Shown piece after piece: positions 15,626-24,000 of a stretch of DNA of 24,000 nucleotides. Each line of letters starts with the position of its first letter. Positions within the stretch are counted from its first letter, which is position 1. Source of the DNA: Bacillus sp. FJAT-29790 (GTDB lineage Bacteria > Bacillota > Bacilli > Bacillales > Cytobacillaceae); NCBI RefSeq assembly GCF_019039215.1, contig NZ_JAHNZZ010000001.1, positions 2,082,341 through 2,106,340 on the forward strand. Direction: 5' to 3'. The notes beneath the pieces are model-generated. The model worked only from the letters and a program-made list of their open reading frames with translations, was not told the DNA's origin and did no database searches. The position numbers and the translations under genes are program-made.

Positions 15626-15668
15626 TTAAGAGAATCGAAATGTGTCATTCAAGCGCTTGTTTCATAGT

Positions 15669-15773
15669 TTGGCCGATAAATTATGAAATTTGGCCGTTAA
15701 ATGGAGATAATTGGCCGTTAAACCTTAAATTTTGGCTGATAAACATCAATAATTGGCTGATAAATTGAAAAAT
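15669..15773. repeat. Five tandem 21-bp units, each starting with TTGGCYGWTAAA
   Basis: The units start at 15669, 15690, 15711, 15732 and 15753. The 12-mers read TTGGCCGATAAA, TTGGCCGTTAAA, TTGGCCGTTAAA, TTGGCTGATAAA and TTGGCTGATAAA. The 9-nt remainders are unrelated to one another. Confidence 0.95.
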
Positions 15774-15782
15774 ACCAGTTTT

Positions 15783-15809
15783 AAAAAAACTGCCAATAGG
15801 ATGGCAGCT
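15783..15809 (-). terminator. Rho-independent terminator after meaB
   Basis: The minus strand reads CTGCCA-TCCTAT-TGGCAG followed by TTTTTTT, directly after the stop codon. Confidence 0.75.
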
Positions 15810-15811
15810 TT

Positions 15812-16930
15812 TTACGTAAGGTTCTTCATATATACATTGAAAAGCTCTTCAACTGCTGAGGTTACTGTACGATCCCCCGAAATGACTTCGTTTTCTATTT
15901 TCGGCAGAAGCTGCTTAACGTCTTGATGATAGAAAAAGCTGAATTGCAGCTGATCGATAATCATCGAATAAATCCATTCTTTCGTTTGTGTTCTTCGTCT
16001 GTCTTCAAAAACGCCTGAGCTCTTCGTTTTCTCCTCAAACGTTTGAATCGTTTGCCAGATTTCTGTCATCCCCTCTTGATAGAGACCTGAGCACATAAAT
16101 GCCTTCGATTCCCAGCCTTTTGTGGCTGGCTGAAGGAAATGCAGGATGCGATTATATTCATGCTTTGTTTTTAATGCCAGCGTTTTGTTCGACCCATCTG
16201 CTTTATTAACGACAATCGCATCAGCCAGTTCCATGATCCCTTTTTTCATCCCTTGCAGCTCATCGCCTGCACCTGTCAATACAAGCAGCATGAAAAAGTC
16301 AACCATATCCCTGACAATAACTTCACTTTGGCCGACGCCGACGGTTTCAACAAGAATCACATCAAAACCGGCCGCTTCACAAAGGAGCATCGTTTCCCTT
16401 GTTTTTCTGTGAACACCGCCTAGCTTGCCGGCTGACGGTGAAGGTCGGATAAAGGCCTTCGGGTTTCTTGAAAGCTGCTCCATTCTCGTTTTATCGCCAA
16501 GAATGCTGCCACCGCTAATACTTGAGCTTGGATCAACAGCAAGGACCGCAACCTTTAAACCAAGATCACATAAAAAAGTACCAAATGCTTCTATAAATGT
16601 GCTTTTTCCCGCACCTGGAACACCCGTAATCCCAATTCGAAGCGCTTTGCCCGAATGGGGAAGGAGTTTTTGCAAAAGAGCCTGCGCATGTCGAAAATGA
16701 TGCTCAGCGTTGCTTTCAATTAAAGTGATCGAACGGGCCAGCAAACTTCTGTTTCCCTTAAGGATTCCTTCAGACAATTCCTCTATATTTAGTTCTGATT
16801 GAGCTCTCTTTTGGAATTTCCCTTTCTTTACAAAGTTTGAAGGTCTATGATCACTTTGAACACCTTTTCGCACGATGCTTGAAAAATTCTCTGGATTTTT
16901 TTCATCAAACCATTCTGGCTTTTTATCCAT
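15812..16930 (-). CDS. meaB: Methylmalonyl-CoA mutase-associated G-protein chaperone (MeaB/ArgK)
   Basis: It has the P-loop GVPGAGKST and SIMIBI-type G motifs (VETVGVGQ, NKAD). Its start abuts the mutB stop codon. It carries a basic N-terminal extension of about 45 aa. Confidence 0.9.
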   Translation of the reverse strand: MDKKPEWFDEKNPENFSSIVRKGVQSDHRPSNFVKKGKFQKRAQSELNIEELSEGILKGNRSLLARSITLIESNAEHHFRHAQALLQKLLPHSGKALRIGITGVPGAGKSTFIEAFGTFLCDLGLKVAVLAVDPSSSISGGSILGDKTRMEQLSRNPKAFIRPSPSAGKLGGVHRKTRETMLLCEAAGFDVILVETVGVGQSEVIVRDMVDFFMLLVLTGAGDELQGMKKGIMELADAIVVNKADGSNKTLALKTKHEYNRILHFLQPATKGWESKAFMCSGLYQEGMTEIWQTIQTFEEKTKSSGVFEDRRRTQTKEWIYSMIIDQLQFSFFYHQDVKQLLPKIENEVISGDRTVTSAVEELFNVYMKNLT

Positions 16931-19123
16931 TTATTGTGCCACTTCCTCATAGCCAAGCCGGCTATAAATCACTCGAATCACCTTTTGAGCTGCAACCGGA
17001 ATGACTGTTCCAGGTCCAAAAATAGCAGCTGCCCCATGATCCAGTAAATATTGATAATCCTGCGCTGGGATAACCCCGCCAATAACAACGAGAATATCTT
17101 CACGTTCAAGCTTTTTAAGCTCTTCGATCAGCTGAGGAAGAAGTGTTTTATGGCCTGCTGCAAGGGAACTTATTCCAATTACATGGACATCATTTTCCAC
17201 CGCTTGAATCGCCGTTTCTTCAGGAGTCTGAAATAATGGGCCGATATCAACATCGAAGCCTAAGTCGGCGAATGCCGTAGAAATCACCTTTGCTCCCCGG
17301 TCATGCCCATCTTGACCCATTTTTGCAATTAGAATCCGGGGCCTTCTGCCTTCATTTTCTAAAAATTCATCGGTCATATTCTTTACTTCCGTAATTTCTT
17401 CCTCATTTGAAAAAGCAGAACTATAAATGCCGCTAATGGACCTAATCATTGCTTTATGCCGATTTGCTACCTTTTCAATGGCATCCGATATTTCACCAAG
17501 AGTCGCTCTTTCTCTTGCTGCTTGAATAGAGAGCTTAAGCAGATTTCCTTCTCCTGTTTCAGCTGCCTTTGTGATTGCCTCAAGCGCTTTGAGCACCTTT
17601 GTCTCATCTCTTGAAGATTTTAAACGGGCAAGCTTCTCGAGTTGTTTTGAACGAACAGCAGTATTATCAATGTCTAAAATTTCAATTGGTTCTTCTTTTT
17701 CCAAACGGTATTTATTGACACCGACGATTATTTCTTTACCCGAGTCAATTTGCGCCTGCCTTCGTGCTGCTGCTTCTTCAATTTTCATCTTTGGCAAGCC
17801 CGTTTCAATCGCTTTCGCCATTCCGCCTAAATTTTCAATTTCTTCGATATGCTCCCACGCACGTTTAATTAGATGATCTGTCAAAGCCTCGACATAATAG
17901 GAGCCGCCCCAAGGATCTATGACATTCGTAATTCCGGTTTCTTCCTGAAGAAACAGCTGGGTATTCCGGGCAATTCGAGCAGAAAAATCCGTTGGCAAGG
18001 CGATGGCTTCATCCAGCGCATTCGTATGAAGAGACTGTGTGTGCCCCATTGCCGCTGCATGCGCTTCAATAAGCGTTCTCGTTACATTGTTAAAAGGATC
18101 CTGCTCTGTTAAACTCCATCCCGAAGTTTGGGAATGAGTCCTTAGTGCCATCGATTTCGAATTTTTCGGTTCAAATGTTTTCATCATTTTTGCCCAAATA
18201 AACCGAGCGGCGCGCATTTTCGCCACTTCCATGAAATAGTTCATGCCAATTGCCCAGAAGAAGGAAAGCCTCGGTGCAAAGGAATCGATATCAATTCCGG
18301 CCTTTAGACCTGTTCTCACATATTCCAATCCGTCTGCAAGTGTGTACGCTAGCTCAATATCAGCAGGTGCTCCCGCCTCCTGCAAATGATATCCTGAAAT
18401 ACTAATACTGTTGAATTTCGGCATGTATTTTGACGTATATTCAAATATATCAGCAATAATCTTCATCGACATTTCCGGCGGATAAATATAAGTGTTCCGA
18501 ACCATGTATTCTTTTAAAATATCATTTTGGATCGTTCCTGAAAGTTTCTCCTGGCTGACTCCCTGCTCTTCAGCTGTCACAATAAAGAAAGCCATGATCG
18601 GCAGGACGGCCCCGTTCATCGTCATTGAAACAGACATTTGGTCAAGTGGAATGCCATCAAATAGGGTTTTCATGTCCAGTATGGAGTCAATTGCCACTCC
18701 TGCTTTTCCAACATCACCGACAACTCTTGGATGATCAGAATCATAGCCCCGATGTGTCGCCAAATCAAAAGCAACCGATAAGCCTTTTTGCCCCATTGCT
18801 AAATTTCGGCGGTAAAAAGCGTTGCTTTCTTCTGCCGTTGAAAAGCCGGCATATTGACGTACTGTCCATGGCCTGTTTACATACATCGTTGGATAAGGTC
18901 CTCGTGTATAAGGGGGGAGACCTGGTTTATCGTCTAGATGCTGAAAATTTTTAAGATCCTCTTCCGTATAAAGCGGCTTTACTTGTATCTGCTCGTTTGT
19001 TTCAAAAAGGAGATCCTCAATCGACTCGTTTAATTCTTCTTCCGTTTTCTTTCTCCATTCTTCCTTTGACAGCTGCACGCCATCGAAAAGGGCGATCTTT
19101 TTGAAATCAGGCTTCTTGGTCAT
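16931..19123 (-). CDS. mutB: Methylmalonyl-CoA mutase large (catalytic, B12-binding) subunit
   Basis: A TIM-barrel mutase region is followed by a C-terminal cobalamin-binding domain with DxHxxG ([11 protein letters not shown]). I placed the start at the ATG at 19121-19123 (MTKKPDF...), preceded by GGGGGTGG. Confidence 0.92.
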   Translation of the reverse strand: MTKKPDFKKIALFDGVQLSKEEWRKKTEEELNESIEDLLFETNEQIQVKPLYTEEDLKNFQHLDDKPGLPPYTRGPYPTMYVNRPWTVRQYAGFSTAEESNAFYRRNLAMGQKGLSVAFDLATHRGYDSDHPRVVGDVGKAGVAIDSILDMKTLFDGIPLDQMSVSMTMNGAVLPIMAFFIVTAEEQGVSQEKLSGTIQNDILKEYMVRNTYIYPPEMSMKIIADIFEYTSKYMPKFNSISISGYHLQEAGAPADIELAYTLADGLEYVRTGLKAGIDIDSFAPRLSFFWAIGMNYFMEVAKMRAARFIWAKMMKTFEPKNSKSMALRTHSQTSGWSLTEQDPFNNVTRTLIEAHAAAMGHTQSLHTNALDEAIALPTDFSARIARNTQLFLQEETGITNVIDPWGGSYYVEALTDHLIKRAWEHIEEIENLGGMAKAIETGLPKMKIEEAAARRQAQIDSGKEIIVGVNKYRLEKEEPIEILDIDNTAVRSKQLEKLARLKSSRDETKVLKALEAITKAAETGEGNLLKLSIQAARERATLGEISDAIEKVANRHKAMIRSISGIYSSAFSNEEEITEVKNMTDEFLENEGRRPRILIAKMGQDGHDRGAKVISTAFADLGFDVDIGPLFQTPEETAIQAVENDVHVIGISSLAAGHKTLLPQLIEELKKLEREDILVVIGGVIPAQDYQYLLDHGAAAIFGPGTVIPVAAQKVIRVIYSRLGYEEVAQ

Positions 19124-20972
19124 CACTTGCCACCCCCATCTCATTCAGCAGAGAAGTTAGAATTTCATAACAATTACTTCGAATATGAATGAAATCTTTT
19201 ATACCTGCCTGCTTCAAAGTTTGCTGATTGCTCTCTTCAGGAAGGCCAGCTAAAAATACGGTAACATTCGGCTGCTTTTCTTTAATCAGACGAATAATAG
19301 CCACTGCGAGTTCATCATATTGCTTATTTGTTCCGCAAATAAAGTAATGCTTTAGATTTGTCTTTTCAATAAAATCCAGTACCATTTCCGGGTTAGAAAT
19401 GTCCTGACTTTTTACGGCCTGGATTCCACCAGGGGCAAGAAAGCCGGTCATAAAATCAGCTCTCGCTTTATGCTCCTTTAATTCCCCTAAACAAATAAGT
19501 CCAGCCCTCGGCTCTCTTCCAGACTGCCTGATTTTTTCCGCTGCCCGCCGCAAGCGTTCAAATGGCTCAGATAAACGCAATTGCGGGATTCTCTTACTTT
19601 CCACTTTGATTATGCTATTTATGTTTTCCCCCTCACTCTGAAGGGGCTGCTCATTTATATTGGCAAAAATATTTGTGCCAATTATGCTTTGTTTTCTTTG
19701 AAAAATATCTTTGCTTCTTTTCTTTAATACGTCTGCAATCTGATCTTGAATCCAGCCGGACTTTAATACTTCAGCCATTCCTCCTTTTTCTTCAATCTGA
19801 AGGAAGAATGCCCATGCTTTCTCGGCTAATTCATTTGTTAAATGCTCCACATACCAGGACCCGCCAGCTGGATCTGCTACCTTCTGCATATGGGCTTCTT
19901 CCTTTAGAATCAGCTGTGTATTGCGGGCGATTCTGTCGGAAAATGGAGCAGACTTTCCTTCCGGTTCATTAAATGGACTTACATGCAGGAACTGTATGCC
20001 GCCAAGGACAGCTGCAAAAGCCTCATTTCCTGCCCTCAATAAATTGACATAGGGATCATAAGAGGTTTTAGTAAAAGACGACGTTTCAGCTGAAATGACC
20101 ATTTTTCGATCCTCTGCTTTTGCCCCGTATGCTTCGGTTACTTTATCCCAAAGGAATCTTGCCGCCCGGAGCTTGGCAATTTCCATAAAGAAATTTGCAC
20201 CGATCGAAAATTTAAAAACCATTTTTGTTAGAATTTTTTCGAGGCTGACTGATCGCTCAATCAACTGTTGTAAATGGCAGACTCCCGTCGATAAAGCAAT
20301 TGCCAGCTCCTGCACGGCATTTGCCCCGCCTTTATGGTAAACACAAGTGTCAATTAAAATAGTCCGCAGCTCTGGCATATTGCTATCTGCTGATTTAATC
20401 ACTTTGACCCATTCATCATAACCCTCATCGAATGATTGTACTGAGCCACTGACAGCGGCTGCAGCTAATGGATCCATTCCGATATAGCCTGAAATTTTTT
20501 TACTGTTAGGTAGCTGTGACAACTTGGAGAGAATAAGCGCTTGGTGCAGATTTGTTTCTATACTAAAAGGATATTTAGCATAGATATCCTCGACAACTTT
20601 TTCAAAATCATTCATATTCATTTTATCTGTATCAAGCGAAATTGCAGTCTGACCTTTTTCAAAAGATGAAAGCAGTGTTCTTTTTAAACTTTCGTCGTCT
20701 TCAGCCTCCAGCTTTTGCGCGATTTTCCATTCGCCTGTAAGATATCCTAGTGAGTTGGCACCCCTTCTATAATCAGAATGCCCCGGATATTGGGATACCT
20801 CCTGAACTTTAAAATCCTCCTGTGAATAAAGCGGTTTTAATTGAATATTTTCATACGTATTTTTTGATAATGAATCAATGGACTTTCCTTTTAACGTTTC
20901 TTCTGCTTTTTGCTTCCAAGCTTCTAGGGTTTGTCGCTCAAACGTTTCTTCAAACATCTTATTTATTGTCAT
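19107..20972 (-). CDS. mutA: Methylmalonyl-CoA mutase small subunit
   Basis: The 621-aa protein is a mutase-fold paralog lacking the DxHxxG motif. Its 3' end overlaps the mutB start by 17 nt. An in-frame stop at 20982-20984 rules out any start upstream of the ATG at 20970-20972. Confidence 0.88.
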   Translation of the reverse strand: MTINKMFEETFERQTLEAWKQKAEETLKGKSIDSLSKNTYENIQLKPLYSQEDFKVQEVSQYPGHSDYRRGANSLGYLTGEWKIAQKLEAEDDESLKRTLLSSFEKGQTAISLDTDKMNMNDFEKVVEDIYAKYPFSIETNLHQALILSKLSQLPNSKKISGYIGMDPLAAAAVSGSVQSFDEGYDEWVKVIKSADSNMPELRTILIDTCVYHKGGANAVQELAIALSTGVCHLQQLIERSVSLEKILTKMVFKFSIGANFFMEIAKLRAARFLWDKVTEAYGAKAEDRKMVISAETSSFTKTSYDPYVNLLRAGNEAFAAVLGGIQFLHVSPFNEPEGKSAPFSDRIARNTQLILKEEAHMQKVADPAGGSWYVEHLTNELAEKAWAFFLQIEEKGGMAEVLKSGWIQDQIADVLKKRSKDIFQRKQSIIGTNIFANINEQPLQSEGENINSIIKVESKRIPQLRLSEPFERLRRAAEKIRQSGREPRAGLICLGELKEHKARADFMTGFLAPGGIQAVKSQDISNPEMVLDFIEKTNLKHYFICGTNKQYDELAVAIIRLIKEKQPNVTVFLAGLPEESNQQTLKQAGIKDFIHIRSNCYEILTSLLNEMGVASDDQEA

Positions 20973-20977
20973 AATAA

Positions 20978-20994
20978 CTGTCTAATCTAGACAG
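20978..20994. promoter_or_regulatory. Perfect palindrome CTGTCTA-ATC-TAGACAG between the SD-like sequence and the mutA start
   Basis: It has 7-bp arms and a 3-nt centre. It is flanked by AAGGGAGGGGAAG (minus strand, 20995-21007) and the ATG at 20970-20972. Confidence 0.6.
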
Positions 20995-21211
20995 CTTCCC
21001 CTCCCTTCATTTTATCCTATGACGCAGCTAATTAATGCAGGAAAGTCAGTTCCATTTCTGTTCATGATCAAAGGATACCGCAATTGTACCAAAATTCAAA
21101 ATTATCATTTCATAACTATTTTAATATACATATTAAAATCTAGCAATTAGTATGAAGGATTGATTATGCTTAATTTGTGAGAAAAACAAAGCTGAAGTTG
21201 AAGGATTTATT

Positions 21212-21244
21212 AAAAAACCGCTGCAAAGAATTTGCAGCGGTTTT
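21212..21244 (-). terminator. Rho-independent terminator after bkdB
   Basis: A 14-bp perfect stem (AAAACCGCTGCAAA/TTTGCAGCGGTTTT) with a 3-nt loop and a U-rich tail. Confidence 0.8.
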
Positions 21245-21256
21245 AGTGAATCGATA

Positions 21257-22588
21257 TTAATAAACAGATGTCGTTTCTTTCGATGTGTTTTCAAGAATTT
21301 CTTTAATACGCTGTAAGAATCGTCCGCAAACGAGACCGTCCAATACGCGATGGTCAAGGGACATACATAGGTTGACCATATCGCGGACAGCGATCATTCC
21401 GTTGTTCATGACAACAGGACGTTTTACAATTGATTCAACCTGTAAAATGGCTGCTTGCGGGTAATTAATAATTCCCATTGATTGAATGGACCCGAATGAA
21501 CCCGTGTTATTTACAGTGAAAGTTCCACCTTGCATTTCTGCTGATGTCAATTTCCCACTGCGAACTTTCGCTGCAAGCTCATTGATTTCACGCGCAATAC
21601 CTTTGATCGTTTTTTCATCAGCATGTTTAATAACTGGAACAAACAAGGCATCTTCTGTCGCAACAGCAATTGAGATATTAATGTCTTTCTTTTGAATAAT
21701 TTTGTCGCCAGCCCACATAGAGTTTATTTGCGGGAACTCCTTAAGCGCCTGTGCAACAGCTTTTACAAAGAAAGCAAAGAACGTAATGTTGAAGCCTTCT
21801 GTTTTCTTGAATTCGCCTTTAATCGAATTACGGTAATCAACAAGATTGGTTACATCCATTTCCATCATTGTCCAAGCATGCGGAGCTTCATGCTTACTGC
21901 GCAGCATGTTCGTAGCAATTGCTTTACGAACGCCAGATACAGGAATTTCAATGTCACCAGGTAATACAGGTACATTTGGAGCTGGAGCTGCCGGTTTTGT
22001 TGGTGCTGGAGCTGTCGCTTTTGCAACAGGAGCTGCTTGTACAGGAGTCGCTTTAGCTGCCTCCACATTCGCACCTGCTTTTGGAATGTTTCCAGACTCA
22101 ATGATCTTTGTTAAGTCTTTACGTGTTATACGGCCGCCTGCACCTGTTCCTGACACTTGACTTAGGTCAATGCCATGCTCTTGTGAAAGCTTTAACACTG
22201 CAGGAGAGTAGCGAACTTTGCTACCGCCTTCTCCTACAGGTGCTGAAGTAGCCGCTGAAGTTTGGACCGGTGCATTGCTAGTTGTTGGTGCTGTTGGAGC
22301 TTCTGATTGAGAAGCTGGTGCTGTTGCCGGCTCCATTGCACTTCCGCCTTCAGTTTCAATCGTAAGGATGACTGCTCCTACTTCGTAAGTTTCGCCTTCC
22401 TCAGCGATTAACTCTTTAATAACTCCAGTAAATGAAGATGGCACCTCTGCATTTACTTTATCTGTCATTACTTCTGCAAGTGGATCATATTTATTAACTT
22501 TATCGCCAACGGAAACGAGCCATTTACTGATCGTACCTTCCGTTACACTTTCACCTAATTGAGGCATTTTAATTTGTTCAATTGCCAA
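21257..22588 (-). CDS. bkdB: Branched-chain 2-oxoacid dehydrogenase E2 (lipoamide acyltransferase)
   Basis: It has a lipoyl domain (EVMTDKVNAEVPS), an Ala/Pro linker, a subunit-binding domain and a catalytic DHRVLDG motif. I placed the start at the TTG at 22586-22588 (M-AIEQIKMPQLGES), with AAGGAGG 8 nt upstream. The ORF-track start lies inside the SD. Confidence 0.9.
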   Translation of the reverse strand: MAIEQIKMPQLGESVTEGTISKWLVSVGDKVNKYDPLAEVMTDKVNAEVPSSFTGVIKELIAEEGETYEVGAVILTIETEGGSAMEPATAPASQSEAPTAPTTSNAPVQTSAATSAPVGEGGSKVRYSPAVLKLSQEHGIDLSQVSGTGAGGRITRKDLTKIIESGNIPKAGANVEAAKATPVQAAPVAKATAPAPTKPAAPAPNVPVLPGDIEIPVSGVRKAIATNMLRSKHEAPHAWTMMEMDVTNLVDYRNSIKGEFKKTEGFNITFFAFFVKAVAQALKEFPQINSMWAGDKIIQKKDINISIAVATEDALFVPVIKHADEKTIKGIAREINELAAKVRSGKLTSAEMQGGTFTVNNTGSFGSIQSMGIINYPQAAILQVESIVKRPVVMNNGMIAVRDMVNLCMSLDHRVLDGLVCGRFLQRIKEILENTSKETTSVY

Positions 22589-22612
22589 TGGGTTTACCTC
22601 CTTCAACGACTA

Positions 22613-23596
22613 TTAATATTCAGCAAGCTCTCGCATTGCTTTTTCTACTTTATCTGGGTTTACCATGAAATATTTTTCCATTGTTGGAGCATATGGCATG
22701 GCCGGTACATCTGGGCCTGCAAGGCGCATAATTGGTGCGTCCAGTTCAAATAGGCAATTTTCAGCAATAATAGCTGAAACTTCGCCCATAATGCTTCCTT
22801 CTTTGTTGTCCTCTGTTAACAGTAGAACTTTACCTGTTTTGGAAGCAGCTTCAATAATTGCTTCTTTATCAAGAGGGTAAACTGTTCTTAAATCGAGAAT
22901 GTGAGCAGAGATACCATCCTTGGCTAATTTTTCTGCTGCCTGGAGAGCGAAATGGACACATAATCCGTAAGTGATAACGGTAATATCCTCACCTTCTCGC
23001 TTCACATCTGCTTTACCGATTGGCAATACATAATCATCATCAGGAACTTCGCCTTTGATTAAACGATAAGCACGTTTATGCTCAAAGAAAAGGACAGGAT
23101 CTTCATCACGGATGGCAGCTTTTAATAAACCTTTTACATCATATGGAGTAGAAGGCATTACAATTTTTAGACCAGGCTGATTTGCAAAAATAGCTTCAAC
23201 AGACTGGGAATGGTATAATGCACCATGCACGCCCCCGCCATAAGGAGCACGGACTACGATCGGACAACTCCAATCATTGTTCGTACGGTAACGAATTCTT
23301 GCTGCTTCAGAAATAATTTGGTTTACTGCCGGCATAATGAAATCGGCAAACTGCATTTCAGCGATCGGGCGCATTCCATACATTGCAGCTCCGATCCCAA
23401 CCCCTGCAATTGCTGATTCAGCAAGTGGCGCATCGATGACACGATCTTCGCCAAATTGATCATATAATCCTTGGGTTGCTTTAAATACCCCACCTTTTAA
23501 TCCTACGTCCTCACCTAGAATAAAAACTTTTGGATCTCTTTCCATTTCTTCGCGGATCGCCATTGTTACCGCATCAATATAAGAAATTACAGCCAT
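22613..23596 (-). CDS. bkdAB: Branched-chain 2-oxoacid dehydrogenase E1 beta subunit
   Basis: The 327-aa protein has a transketolase-like pyrimidine-binding fold and C-terminal domain. It sits between the E1 alpha and E2 genes. Confidence 0.9.
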   Translation of the reverse strand: MAVISYIDAVTMAIREEMERDPKVFILGEDVGLKGGVFKATQGLYDQFGEDRVIDAPLAESAIAGVGIGAAMYGMRPIAEMQFADFIMPAVNQIISEAARIRYRTNNDWSCPIVVRAPYGGGVHGALYHSQSVEAIFANQPGLKIVMPSTPYDVKGLLKAAIRDEDPVLFFEHKRAYRLIKGEVPDDDYVLPIGKADVKREGEDITVITYGLCVHFALQAAEKLAKDGISAHILDLRTVYPLDKEAIIEAASKTGKVLLLTEDNKEGSIMGEVSAIIAENCLFELDAPIMRLAGPDVPAMPYAPTMEKYFMVNPDKVEKAMRELAEY

Positions 23597-23611
23597 GTTT
23601 GTTCCCCCTTA

Positions 23612-24000
23612 CTATTCAGCATATACATATTTCAGTGCATGTTCCGGTTCAGCATACGGTGCATTTTCTGCGTAATCCGTTGCTTCATTCACAATGCTCA
23701 TAATTCGATCGTTAATTTCTTTCTCTTTTGCATCATCCAAAACACCCGTTTCTTTTAGATAAGCAGTAAAAGTAAGAATCGGATCTTTCGCCTTCATTTC
23801 TTCTACTTCACCTGGCGCACGGTAAGCGCGGTCATCATCATCTGAAGAGTGTGGCGTTAATCGGTAACAAATCGTTTCAACTAGTGTTGGACCCTCTCCA
23901 CGACGTCCTCTGTCTGCCGCTTCTTTAACGACTTTATAAACTTCTAGTGGATCAGTTCCGTCCACAGTAAATCCAGGCATACCATAGCCAATTGCGCGAT
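23612..24000 (-). CDS. bkdAA: Branched-chain 2-oxoacid dehydrogenase E1 alpha subunit, C-terminal part (gene runs off the window end)
   Basis: It contains the E1-alpha loop YRLTPHSSDDDDRAYR. The reading frame stays open to position 24000. Confidence 0.85.
   Translation of the reverse strand, partial: RAIGYGMPGFTVDGTDPLEVYKVVKEAADRGRRGEGPTLVETICYRLTPHSSDDDDRAYRAPGEVEEMKAKDPILTFTAYLKETGVLDDAKEKEINDRIMSIVNEATDYAENAPYAEPEHALKYVYAE

Noticed and set aside
15538-15768. A 76-aa + strand ORF whose C-terminal half reads as heptads (WPINYEI WPLNGDN WPLNLKF WLININN WLIN).
   Set aside because: The heptad pattern is simply the 21-bp DNA repeat read in one frame. There is no convincing SD. The ORF starts inside the brxB coding region on the opposite strand. 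I treat it as a by-product of the repeat, although a translation test would settle it.
15669-15773. Possible mini CRISPR array.
   Set aside because: The conserved part is only 12 nt and the variable parts only 9 nt. That is far below CRISPR repeat and spacer sizes, and no cas genes are present.
21070-21100. A possible sigma-54 (-24/-12) promoter, TGGTAC...TTGCGG, upstream of mutA, considered because bkd operons are SigL-dependent.
   Set aside because: The GG-to-GC spacing is 9 nt instead of the required 12, and the -12 element is poor.
21020-21157. A 45-aa + strand ORF (MTQLINAGKSVPFLF...) in the bkdB-mutA spacer.
   Set aside because: It has no SD, an AT-driven composition, and lies in the probable mutA promoter region.
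21133-21357. A 74-aa minus-strand ORF overlapping the 3' end of bkdB and its terminator.
   Set aside because: It is out of frame with bkdB, spans the terminator hairpin, and has no SD or recognisable domain.

Overview
This window looks like a Bacillaceae chromosomal segment, roughly 40% GC by eye. Every confident gene is on the minus strand.

Gene order matches my memory of the B. subtilis region bkdAA-bkdAB-bkdB ... yqiW(brxB)-artPQR-yqjA-yqjB-yqjC-yqjD-yqjE ... yqjH(polY1). Two blocks are not at these positions in B. subtilis:
- A B12-dependent methylmalonyl-CoA mutase module, mutA-mutB-meaB (15812-20972).
- An orphan cheW-like gene plus a Geobacillus-style mannitol PTS operon, mtlA-mtlR-mtlF-mtlD (534-6574).

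Together with the epimerase and carboxyltransferase genes (8068-10033), the window carries most of a propionyl-CoA to succinyl-CoA route, split by unrelated genes.

I see no transposase, integrase, phage, CRISPR, toxin-antitoxin or defence-type gene, and no multi-gene system of unknown function. The protein-coding content is ordinary core metabolism and transport.

The unexplained signal is all noncoding:
1. Five exactly 21-bp-phased direct repeats upstream of brxB (15669-15773).
2. An unusually GC-rich, multi-hairpin 240-nt intergenic element between the yqjA-like and L,D-transpeptidase genes (11040-11273).
3. A nested junction-like fold closed by a perfect 13-bp helix upstream of the yqjA-like exporter gene (12364-12506).
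4. Three 20-bp-phased TTTGCAAATA palindromes (8008-8057).
5. A perfect palindrome separating the SD from the mutA start codon (20978-20994).
6. A probable 31-aa membrane-peptide gene too short for the ORF track (10276-10371, + strand).

All family assignments come from reading motifs and from remembered synteny. No searches were run.
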